Positions 16,520-26,041 of a stretch of DNA of 28,213 nucleotides are shown piece by piece. This DNA is from Microcoleus sp. GTDB taxonomy: Bacteria > Cyanobacteriota > Cyanobacteriia > Cyanobacteriales > Microcoleaceae. Below the pieces are notes generated by a model, which saw only the letters and a list, made by a program, of their open reading frames with translations, was not told the DNA's origin and did not search any database. The stretch covers positions 1 to 28,213 of the forward strand of contig JAYFMW010000004.1 in assembly GCA_042408215.1 (NCBI GenBank). The letters are read 5' to 3'. The position numbers and the translations under genes are program-made. How positions within the stretch are numbered: position 1 is the first letter of the stretch; each line of letters starts with the position of its first letter.

Positions 16520-17794
16520 ATGCAAATTTTGATGCTTTCCTCGACTTTTCCCTATCCCCCAAGCCGGGGAGGAACCCAGGTAAGGACGTTTAATTTATTG
16601 AAATATTTGAGTCGGCACCATCATGTAATTCTGGGAACAGTCCGATCGCCCGATGTGACAGATGCACAAATTGACGAATTGCGCCAGCAAGTTGCAGAAT
16701 TAGCCGTTTTCGACAATCTTGGCACGGTTTCACCCAGGATCACCGACAAAATCCAGCGTTTTGCTCGATTTTTGCAGTCTGGGACACCTCCGAATGTACT
16801 CTCAAGGTACTCGCCAGCAATGCAGAATTGGGTAGATGAGTTAGTAGCAGCAGAGAAGTGTGATGCTGTTACTTGCGAACACAGCGTTAATGAGATTTAC
16901 GTTCGTCCAGAATGGCGGCAAAAAGTCCTGACAGTTGTAAATATTCACAGTTCAGTTTGGGGAACTTGTCAGCAAATGTTAGAAACAGGCACATCTGAAA
17001 AACCCCTGCGCGATCGACTAAATTTACCCCTGCTAGCCCGCTACGAAAAACGTTACTGTTCCAAATTCTCCCGCATTGTCGCCACAACATCCACAGACAG
17101 GCGGCAACTTCTCGAATTGCTGTCGCCAGGGGAGATGGGAAAAGGCCTAGAATATTTCTCAATGCCAACTATTGAGGTAATTCCTAACGGAGTTGATTTA
17201 ATCGAATTTCCCTATCGCTCGATCGATCCGGGAGGCCATACCTTAATATTTGCAGGGGCTATGAATAATTTGCCCAATATTGACGCGGCGCGATTTTTGA
17301 GTGTGGAGCTATTGCCGATCGTACAGCAGCGGTATCCCGATACTACCCTAACTTTAGTCGGGCACTCCCCAGTCCCGTCCGTCTTAGCCTTGGGGAAACT
17401 ACCGGGAATTCAAGTAGTAGGCGGGGTGCAAAGGGTGGCAGAATATTTGCATCAGGCTGCTGTTTGTGTGGTGCCGATGCGAATTGGTTTTGGGATTAAA
17501 AATAAAACTTTGGAGGCGATGGCTGCGGGAACTCCTGTTGTTGCTAGCGATCGAGGTTTGGAAGGTTTAGCCGTCGGCGGTGACCCACAACCGATCGGGG
17601 CCTTGCGGGCGAACGGAGTTCAGGAGTATGTTGAGGCGATTAGCAGTTTGTTTGAAAATCCACAGCTAAGACAGGAATTGTCTCGAAATGCTCGATCGCA
17701 CATCGAAAGCGAATATACCTGGGATATCGCAGGTGGGCGCTACGAGCAACTCTTCAGGAATTACGCAAAAAGTAGTTTGACACGCTACTTATAG
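16520..17794 (+). CDS. Glycosyltransferase family 4 (GT-B)
   Basis: FPYPPSRGGTQVR, IPNGVD, GFGIKNKTLEAMAAGTPVVAS, YTW motifs. Confidence 0.9.
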   Translation: MQILMLSSTFPYPPSRGGTQVRTFNLLKYLSRHHHVILGTVRSPDVTDAQIDELRQQVAELAVFDNLGTVSPRITDKIQRFARFLQSGTPPNVLSRYSPAMQNWVDELVAAEKCDAVTCEHSVNEIYVRPEWRQKVLTVVNIHSSVWGTCQQMLETGTSEKPLRDRLNLPLLARYEKRYCSKFSRIVATTSTDRRQLLELLSPGEMGKGLEYFSMPTIEVIPNGVDLIEFPYRSIDPGGHTLIFAGAMNNLPNIDAARFLSVELLPIVQQRYPDTTLTLVGHSPVPSVLALGKLPGIQVVGGVQRVAEYLHQAAVCVVPMRIGFGIKNKTLEAMAAGTPVVASDRGLEGLAVGGDPQPIGALRANGVQEYVEAISSLFENPQLRQELSRNARSHIESEYTWDIAGGRYEQLFRNYAKSSLTRYL

Positions 17795-17900
17795 CGGTAA
17801 GGTGCGCCGAGGCGCACCCTACATATAGAGTGTGTGCGTCCTGGACTGTATTGCAATTTTAAACTCTAAATTCTCAACTCTAAATTCTCAAAATTGGACG

Positions 17901-19835
17901 ATGGAACACAAAATTAACCCCTCCAAAGGTCGAGCCAAACCCCCAGAAAAGGCCAAAGTTGCTCCGACTCCGACAAGACGCCGCAGAGGAGCCCGACGCC
18001 CCCAAAATCCTCAAGAGTCTCAACCTAAAACCCGCAGATCAAAAACTCCTACCCCAACATCCGTCGCCAGATATCCCTGGAAAAGACTGATCGCTAATTT
18101 GACAGCCCTCAGCGTCTTGTGCGGCTTCGCAGCTTTGATGGGCGGCGGCGCTTGGCTGAGTTATCAACTGATTGTCGATCCCAACGGTAACAAATGGATC
18201 ACTAAATTTGTCCCAGAATGGTCGCGCCTTCCCCTCGCCACCAGAGATTCGATCCAAACTCTCGATCAAATTCAAGCTAGCGTCCGCAAATTGGGATTTG
18301 TCACCGGAGAACCTCTACCACTTTCTGTCGATAAATCCGGCGATACTTCTATTTCTGATTTGCTATTACCAGTGATGGTAGATCGGACTGTGAACGCTTC
18401 TACATCCTGCAAAAATCCTTGTCGTCAAATTGTCGAACTTCGGGTATACAAGCGAGTGCAAGTTCCCGATCGAGATTCCGATACTGTGCAGTATTTTCAG
18501 CTAGCAAGTTCTGTGAATATAGAAGGCCCTGCGGAATCTTTTGTACTCGCTTCTTTAGTAGACTCCAAGTCAAACAATCAAGGCTCGAATCAGCCGCTAC
18601 CGCTGACAGAACTGCGCCGCTTTGACGGGAATGCTCCGACGTCGGGAATTTGGTTTAATGTCAGCGGTCAATTGTTGCGGGGCGATCAGAAACTTCCCTA
18701 CGGACAGGTGGTTCGCTACAACCCCAGCCAAAATCATTTAATCTCCCTATTAGATTGGGTGAGTGCGGCCGGACAAACCCCGAATTGGCAGCAAATTGTT
18801 AAGGGGTCATCTCCACAATTGGCGATCGATCAAACAGTTGGTTTAGAACCGCAATTTACTATTTATCAAATTGGAACGCGCAAATTTGTGCCGAACCCTG
18901 TTCAGTTAAACCCCATTTCTTTAGAAGAATTTGCTTTGAATGACGAGACATACAAAAATGGCCTACGACTAGCAAAAAGCGGCCTGTGGTCTCCAGCTTT
19001 AAATGTGATGCGTACTGCTAAGGGAAAAGCCGGCCCCAATTGGCCAACTGTGGCGCAAGCTCAGCTAGATACGATCGAATTTCACGCTAAAATTACTAAG
19101 GCTCAGGCGATCGCCTCTTGGGCCAGTCCCGGTCAACAAGTTCTAGCAGAGTTGATAGACGGTCGCTGGAGCCAAGCATTGCAGGTATTTGAAGCCGCTC
19201 CGAGCAACAGTTCTGAAATTGCCAAAACACTCAAAAATGACGACGGGAAGCTCTTGAACCGCGTAGACGCAGCCTTGAGAGTGAATGCGAGTGACGCTGA
19301 TGTCAAAGCTTGGGGCGCCCTAATTGTCGCAGCTCAAGACGGGACTCGCGAGGCGATGGATTGGCTCGATCAACAACCAGATACTGACAGCGAAACCAGG
19401 AACCGAATTCGGAATTTGGTAAATAAACTTGACGAAGCCGTTTCTCTGGCTGAAAGTTTAGAACAGCACAAAAGCCAAATTATGGGTTCTGCTACTTTAA
19501 TTAACACTATCAATCCCAATGAATGGCTGGAACCAGCATCTAAAAATGAGTTAAAATTGACCGAAAAACAAGTTTGGTATCAGGTGCAAGTGACCAGTTT
19601 TTACGACGGGAACCGCTGGGTTAGTTCACCGTTTGCAGATGTAGAATTGCGCTCTTTTCCTGCTAGTCAAGTAAAGTGGCTCTGGGGGCGACTAGGCTTG
19701 CAATCTGACCCGAAGATTAAAATTGAGGTGGCGATGGCTAACGGTCAACAAAGAGTAGCCGTCGGAACGGTGAAAGCCTTGCAAATTCAAGACGGAATGC
19801 TGCGGTTGCTGGCTGCTGTTGACCAGCGTTCCTAA
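17901..19835 (+). CDS. Conserved-type cyanobacterial membrane-anchored hypothetical protein
   Basis: Long uninterrupted ORF; basic disordered N-terminus, one TM helix, large soluble region. ATG 17901 preferred. Confidence 0.75.
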   Translation: MEHKINPSKGRAKPPEKAKVAPTPTRRRRGARRPQNPQESQPKTRRSKTPTPTSVARYPWKRLIANLTALSVLCGFAALMGGGAWLSYQLIVDPNGNKWITKFVPEWSRLPLATRDSIQTLDQIQASVRKLGFVTGEPLPLSVDKSGDTSISDLLLPVMVDRTVNASTSCKNPCRQIVELRVYKRVQVPDRDSDTVQYFQLASSVNIEGPAESFVLASLVDSKSNNQGSNQPLPLTELRRFDGNAPTSGIWFNVSGQLLRGDQKLPYGQVVRYNPSQNHLISLLDWVSAAGQTPNWQQIVKGSSPQLAIDQTVGLEPQFTIYQIGTRKFVPNPVQLNPISLEEFALNDETYKNGLRLAKSGLWSPALNVMRTAKGKAGPNWPTVAQAQLDTIEFHAKITKAQAIASWASPGQQVLAELIDGRWSQALQVFEAAPSNSSEIAKTLKNDDGKLLNRVDAALRVNASDADVKAWGALIVAAQDGTREAMDWLDQQPDTDSETRNRIRNLVNKLDEAVSLAESLEQHKSQIMGSATLINTINPNEWLEPASKNELKLTEKQVWYQVQVTSFYDGNRWVSSPFADVELRSFPASQVKWLWGRLGLQSDPKIKIEVAMANGQQRVAVGTVKALQIQDGMLRLLAAVDQRS

Positions 19836-20035
19836 GCAATTAACAATTAAACATTCAACATTAACAATGGGAGATTTGAGAGTTTATTCTCTCCCCTCTT
19901 TCCCCCTCTTTCACCCTCTCAATTGAGGACAAAAAATAGCAGAAGCCAGCTAGATCTCGTCCTCGCAGACAACAAAGTAAACAACAATTTTGTTAATTCA
20001 CTTTACAAAACTTGCACACAAAAACCCTTGAGATA

Positions 20036-20182
20036 TTAGCTCTCGCCCTTTTTAGAGAGTGCTGCAATCATCTGGCGTTTAACTGCTTTAGCCCAAAGCT
20101 CAAAATCAACACTGTTGGTGGTGTTAATTTTAACTTCCTCAACAGGTTGGTGGGGGGCTTCCTTCTGTACTGTAGTCTCCAT
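20036..20182 (-). CDS. Small protein (48 aa) with DFELWAKAVKRQM motif
   Basis: ATG at 20182 with GAGG SD; the amphipathic C-terminal motif is one I recall from small cyanobacterial hypothetical proteins. Confidence 0.65.
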   Translation of the reverse strand: METTVQKEAPHQPVEEVKINTTNSVDFELWAKAVKRQMIAALSKKGES

Positions 20183-20694
20183 TTTTTTTCCTCGTCCACA
20201 AAATGTTAGTAGTCGATCGCCAGCCGTCAGCATCATAGATCTATTCTATGAACTAATTGCAGGAAGTATTAGCAGTAAATACATAATATTTACCCAACAT
20301 ATGCAGTAAATACATTTAATCAATGCAATTTCCGAATGTCACTTGAAAACTTCCTGCAATCTGTGCGTGCGATCGGTTTTCCTGGAAGTTTGATTCTTAC
20401 AATTTAGGTTGTAAAACACTATCAAACCAAGACTTATGTTAATACACTGATATTTAAATGAATGTATTTACCTATACAGCAGACAATCATTTGAGCACAG
20501 GTCAAAAAGGAGCAAGACCGCCAAAAACAAGCTCGTCAATTAATGCCGGGGCGTTAATATTTAATGATTAATCTTGAGCAACATTCTTTCTTGATATTAC
20601 CTTTGTACTTCCCTCAACCCCATCCCCCAACCCCATCCCCTTCTTGCCGTAAAGCCGATCGCCAGCATCTCCCAGTCCCGGTACAACATAGCCG

Positions 20695-20956
20695 TATTGT
20701 AAAACTTCATTAAGATTGTAAGCATCAATAGATAATGGTAGTATCATATAGTTAGAAGGATCGATTGATTAACGCCGATGTTAACGGGTCTTACAATATT
20801 TTGAGAAAAGCAATCCCAAATGCGTTTAGCACTCTTGATAGAGAGCTGCGTAGTTCAGCTTTAGAAGGGTTAATCCGCTCGAAGTGAAAGCGAAAGGGGA
20901 GGGACTTCATGCCTCCCACGGCACTGTAATAAATGACTATACTTTTACCAGCTATT
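20695..20956 (+). mobile_element. 262-bp mini element (internal deletion derivative of the tnpB IS) retaining the left end and predicted omega-RNA/right end
   Basis: 20694-20759 aligns to the reverse complement of 3357-3422; 20763-20956 aligns to the reverse complement of 2009-2199; TATT at both ends. Confidence 0.9.
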
Positions 20957-21335
20957 CGTCTCAACAATCGTCCACTGCGACTTCGCTCTGTTACCGTCTT
21001 AGTCACCCGAAACTCCAGAGAGAGTTCTCTGGTTACTAGGCTCTTCCTTTCCAGGAAGAGCCGGATTTTGGCCTCGGATCTTCCGGAACATTGTTTAGCT
21101 GGCATGAATCTTAGAAAGTCAAAGCAAAAAATCAATCTTTTTCGATGAATTCCACACCTCGAAAAAGCACTGAGCTAGGTACTAGCATTTAGATCATCCT
21201 CTAGGTTTTCCTAGTTTTTAAGATGAGAAAATAAGACTTATAATCTCCTAGTTTAACAGGGATTACCTAAATTTTGCTGATTCAATTGATCGGGGTGATT
21301 CTCACACAAAACTTAATTGATTAAGGAGAACATCC

Positions 21336-21906
21336 ATGAAGTTTGTAAAACTCTTACTGGCCGCAGCATTAATGTCTGCTTCGATTAGCCCCGCCTTGGC
21401 CCAACAAGTTCAAATTTTAGGCGCAAGCTATGGTGGTAGTGGTTGCCCCCGACAGATCCGCCAGTGTCAGCGTCAGCCCCGACGGTCAAGAACTAACCAT
21501 TCTATTTGATAAGTTTGCAGCCCTGGGAAATGTCTCAGCAGAAAAGCGGAAAAGCTGTAATCTGAGCATTCCGATCAAAGTACCCCAAGGCTTCCAGATT
21601 TCTCTCTACGATGCTGATTATCGTGGTTATGTCGCACCAAAAACCAGCGGAAATCTACGAGCAGAATACTTTTTCGCTGGCACCCGTGGCCCAGTTTTTT
21701 CCCGGACTTTCAACGGCGAAACTAACTATAACGTTCGAGACAGCTTAGCAACCGTAGCAGATGTTTGGTCTCGTTGCGGTGACAGTATAAATATGCGCGT
21801 GAATGCTGCGATGACTGCCAGTGGTGCTGGTATGGCCACCGTTGACTCTTTTGATTTGGCTCACCGTGGTTTGGTTTATCACATCAAATATCGCACCTGT
21901 CGCTAG
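21336..21906 (+). pseudogene. Secreted DUF4360 protein with +1 frameshift (pseudogene or sequencing error)
   Basis: AAGGAG SD, then ATG 21336: MKFVKLLLAAALMSASISPALAQQVQILGASYGGSGCP. One extra C in the C5 run 21446-21450, then DRSASVSVSPDG..RKSCNLSI..PQGFQ..DYRG..WSRCG. Confidence 0.8.
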
Positions 21907-21918
21907 AGATGTGGAGAG

Positions 21919-21962
21919 TGGGGCATAGGGCATAGGGCATAGGGCATAGGGCATAGGGCATT
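21919..21962. repeat. STRR (GGGCATA)n
   Basis: Directly visible, between convergent genes. Confidence 0.85.
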
Positions 21963-22072
21963 GGTAGCCCGTCTCTCCCCCTCTTCCCTCTCCCCCCTCT
22001 CCTCGCACTTTTGGCGAATAGCACTAGGTGCGATCGGATCTTCCACAGTCTCCAATTCACTATTACTCAAGT

Positions 22073-23155
22073 TCATGCAACTAGACACCGATAAACATCA
22101 TTTTCTTTAAAAAAGTCAAACTGACTATAATCCAAAATATTATCTAGGATCGCATTTTTATCGAGCTTGATCAACTTATATTCCCATTTCGAGCCGCTGA
22201 CTTCCCGTTTGATGCGATCGGAAACTATCACCGAATTTTTTTCTGTGCCCGGAGATACTATTTTACTTAAATGTTCCAGTCGATCGGCTATGTTAATATC
22301 TTTACCGTAAGTACAAGAGCGAAATATATATAAATTTCCTTTAGTAACTCCCACAGACAAGCCGCAAGGTATGTGATTGCCGTGAATAAAAAGTTTCCAA
22401 TTTTCGCACAAACTTTCCATTGCCGCTAAAGCCGCATGAGCTTCCGGGAAAGTTAAAAGGTGCGAATCGCCAACGATACTCCGAATTGTGCCTCCGTATT
22501 CTTCGCAAATTGTTTTTTCAAAATTATCGAAGTTTGTCAGCAGGTATTCAACATCTTTGATTGAGTTGGATTCTTGATAAGCAATAAAACCTCTCAATTC
22601 AGCTTTAATTATTGCTTGATTTTTGACAATTCGCGTCTTATAACTTTGGTCAACTTTGTAGACTTTTTCAGGTTCGCTCATCCCTTTCAAAGCAAACTCA
22701 TTCACGAAGGATGTTTGCACTTCTGCTTTGTTGAGTGCCAGCCAAGCTGCTTGGGACAAATATATTTCATCAGGGGGCGTGACAGATTCTATGCGAGCTG
22801 TTAAATTCACAGTATCCCCAAAGATATCTTTATCTTGGTGCAAGACATCTCCTAAGGTAATCGACACCCGAATAGCCAATCGTTCGTCGCTCGATTTGCT
22901 AGACTGCTGAGCCCTCAATTCCTGCTGCATTTCTATGGCAGCCATAGCCGCTGCTGTGACGCTGGGAAAAATCATCCAAAATGAATCACCTTCCCCTTTA
23001 ATCACACTTCCTTCATTTCTGGTGCTAATATCTGAAATAAAAATTTTATGATCGTTTAATAAGCTACTTAAGTCCGACTGAGATAATTTTTTAACTCTGG
23101 CGGTATATCCGCAAATATCTGTTTTTACGATCACAGTAGAACGCAAATTAGCCAT
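22073..23155 (-). CDS. Class III nucleotide cyclase with two tandem cyclase domains
   Basis: Domain 1: KTDICGYT, IKGEGDS, DIFGDTVNLTARIE, LKGM. Domain 2: KAELRGF, RSIVGDS, CTYGKDINIADRLE. ATG 23155. Confidence 0.88.
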   Translation of the reverse strand: MANLRSTVIVKTDICGYTARVKKLSQSDLSSLLNDHKIFISDISTRNEGSVIKGEGDSFWMIFPSVTAAAMAAIEMQQELRAQQSSKSSDERLAIRVSITLGDVLHQDKDIFGDTVNLTARIESVTPPDEIYLSQAAWLALNKAEVQTSFVNEFALKGMSEPEKVYKVDQSYKTRIVKNQAIIKAELRGFIAYQESNSIKDVEYLLTNFDNFEKTICEEYGGTIRSIVGDSHLLTFPEAHAALAAMESLCENWKLFIHGNHIPCGLSVGVTKGNLYIFRSCTYGKDINIADRLEHLSKIVSPGTEKNSVIVSDRIKREVSGSKWEYKLIKLDKNAILDNILDYSQFDFFKENDVYRCLVA

Positions 23156-23192
23156 AACCTGCCCTGATTTATAAAAAAACAAGCAATAAATT

Positions 23193-24518
23193 TTATTTGG
23201 CAAAGACGCGCCGATTCGCCTCCGATCCCTCGCGCCTGTGCCCGATCGATCTCCTCAATCTCGTCATGAATGTTTCTGCAAGGATAGTAGCATCTGGCCC
23301 CTTGTCTGGTGTATAGTAACCAGCGGCTCTGTTGGCGATGATTTCAACTTGTGCATCTGCGGGAATCGAATGTTCAGGAAGGGGAATGCGATCGACTACC
23401 TGAATGCCAGAATTACTAATCGCATTGTATTTCTGATCGCTGATGGAAACTAAACGGTCAATTCGAGAGTTCCCCAACCAGTGCAACACATCTGGCATTA
23501 ATTCTTGAAACCGCATATCTTGAACTCCGGCGACACATTCAGTGCGAGTAAAATACGCATCAGGGCGATCGCCTCCTGACTGACGTTTTCTAGCATTGTA
23601 CACCAAAAACTTAGTAACTTCGCCCAAAGCTCTCCCTTCCTTGCGGAAGTAAACAATTACCCCAGAGCCGCCAGCCTGTGCCGTTTGGATGCAAACCTCA
23701 ATCCCCTGTACTAGATAAGGGCGACAGGTGCAAATATCAGAACTGAAAACGTCTGAACCGTTGCACTCGTGGTGGAAGAGCACCGCCAACTGCTTCTGTG
23801 GGTCAGAAATATGCGCGACATCCCCAATAATATAGACTGTAGTTCCGCCAATTGGTGGCAATAAAACCTGCAAGTCAGGCCGCCTCACTAAGTCCGCAAA
23901 CATTCCCCCTGTTTGTTGAAAAAGAACGCGACGAAGATCGTTTTCTTCAACACCAAGTCCCTGGGCAATTCCTGGCAAATACCACAGGGGATCGATCGCG
24001 ATTTTAGTTACCGCCAAATTCCCTCCTGCTTTAACTATTTTGCCATCAATTAGCACCCGCTTTTTGGCAATAGCATCTTGCAGTTCCGGCAGATTAATGT
24101 GAGCTTTTGTCACAGCAATTGTCGGTCGAATATCGTATCCCAGCAGGGATAATGAGCTGTAAATTTCCCTAACCAAACCCCCAAAGGGATCGAGAGACAC
24201 AATTTGGTTGGCGTCGCCCCAACGCCATCGTGCGGGCCGATGCGTTCGGCGGGAGATGTATTGGTAAAATCAGGGCGGTGCTCTGCTTGGAGTGTACCAC
24301 TGGCTACTGCTAGTGCCCGATCGACAGAGTAGGAACCGGAGTGAGTGCCGATCGCATTACGGTGAGACGATTTGGTGAGGCTACCAATCACAGGCCGCCG
24401 TTTCAGCGGATCTATTTCTCCGCAACAAATGGGAATAGATGAAGCGTCGGAAGTTCCCGAATCGGATGTTAAAACTAGATGCTTGAGTTTTGACACAGTT
24501 TGATTTTGCTCTTGCTAT
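23193..24518 (-). pseudogene. GTP cyclohydrolase II-like (URC1-type, uracil catabolism) pseudogene
   Basis: RNAIGTHSGSYS, SLDPFG, ECNGSDVF.SDICTCRPYL, RKEGRALGEVTK, QDMRFQELMPD motifs. Frameshift near 24220-24230, start apparently ATG>ATAG at ~24515-24518, apparent substitutions at usually conserved sites, aberrant C-terminus. Confidence 0.82.
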
Positions 24519-24730
24519 GGATACTGCTGTTGGTTGGGAGGCTAAATCTGAGTTTATCTAGTAAATTGATCTAATTTGTGGATATTTTTGTTGAATCCAA
24601 ATACAGAGGTAACAGAAAAATCAACAAATAGAGAAATAGGTAAAGATAGATGTTTACAACTCCTGCAAAGGTTGCTATAGTTACAGATGATAGCACTGAA
24701 TTATCAAGAAAATATTAACTCATAAATTGA

Positions 24731-25811
24731 ATGTTGCCAAGTACATCTAATTATTTGCTAAAAAATGCTTGCGTGCCCCTGTCTCTCTCAGAGACGCAAT
24801 CGATCGCACTTAAGCCCGATCCAGTCGCAGTCAGACAGACTGGCGAGGGTTTGTGTTTAGTGGATTTGGAAATTGCCGCAGGTGCGATCGCCCAAATTAC
24901 CCCCGCAAGTACAGAAGCCCCATCCCAAATTGCAGATATCCCAGTTGTAGATTTGCGCGGTGGGTTTGTGTTTTTCCTTGCTTTGTGGATTTGCACACCC
25001 ATTTAGACAAAGGTCATGCTTGGGAGCGATCGCCCAATCCCGATGGAACTTTCGCCAGTGCGATCGAAGCTGTGGGCGCTGACGCTCAAAAAAACTGGAA
25101 TGCAGACGATGTTTATCGGCGCATGGAGTTCGGGATCGAGTGCAGTTATGCCCACGGTACCAAAGCCATCCGCACCCACATCGACCCAGCAGGCGAACAG
25201 GGAACCATTAGTTTAGCAGTATTTCAAGAGTTGCGAGCCAAATGGGGCGATCGGCTAATCTTGCAAGCAGTTAGCCTAGTTTCCCTCGACTATTTCCTGA
25301 CACCAGCAGGGGAAAAATTAGCCGACAAAATTGCTGAAATTGGCGGCATTCTCGGCGGTTTTGCCTACATGAATCCCGACTTAGACAAACAACTCGATCG
25401 AGTTTTTACCTTAGCCCAAGAACGAGGCTTAAACCTCGACTTACACACCGACGAAAACGACGATCCAGAATCAGTAACATTGAGAGAAGTAGCAACAATT
25501 CAACTCCGCTCAGTGACCGTTTACGCCATCAATTTGCAGGTCAAATTATCTGCGGACACTGCCGCATTTTAACCGTACAAACGTCAGACTTAGTAACAGA
25601 AACCATGACCTTAGTCAAAGAAGCAAATATCGGCATTATCAGCTTACCGATGTGCAATCTTTACCTACAAGACAGACAATCTCAGAGTACGCCACGCTGG
25701 CGGGGAGTGACGCTATTGCACGAACTCAAAGCAGCAGGAATTCCCGTTGCAGTTGCTAGCGACAATTGTCGCGATACTAACAGCAATGCCGTGTCCCTAG
25801 GGTGGGGATAG
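24731..25811 (+). pseudogene. codA: Cytosine deaminase pseudogene
   Basis: DLRGG/PCFVDLHTHLDK, GTKAIRTH, DLHTDE, LPMCNLYLQDR, ASDNCRD motifs spread over several frames. Frameshift ~24965-24975, repeat insertion/frameshift ~25499-25570, truncation after DNCRD (~25775). Confidence 0.87.
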
Positions 25812-25851
25812 ATCGATCGCGCGGTGTCCTTCATAAATGTGGAATCTGCTG

Positions 25852-25979
25852 TATAGCAATCCTCCCATCAAAGGTGAACTCTTACTCTGATCTTATCTTC
25901 TCTTATCTTCTCTTATCTTCTCTGCTCTTCCTTCGCGTCATGAGCGTCTTCGCGGTTCGTTCAAATTGAGAATTGCTAT
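25852..25979. repeat. TATAGCAAT..ATTGCTAT-bounded small repeat element with (CTTATCTTCT)3
   Basis: Inverted ends visible; internal 10-mer tandem repeat. Confidence 0.55.
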
Positions 25980-26041
25980 CTTGTCAATTCACAAAAGATT
26001 TGATATAAATATAAAAGCTAATTCGATTGAGGATGTTTTAA

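Noticed and set aside
20791..21148. ORFs 20791-21135(-) and 20933-21148(+)
   Set aside because: They cross the mini-element boundary and repeat DNA, so they are chance ORFs.
21170..21275. Clustered CTAG/CCTAGTTT motifs upstream of the DUF4360 gene
   Set aside because: The motifs are short and irregularly spaced, so I cannot support a binding-site call.
22073..23155. Cyclase as a bona fide Pycsar system
   Set aside because: No adjacent TIR or TM effector and no recognisable PycC accessory domain; kept only as a specificity question.
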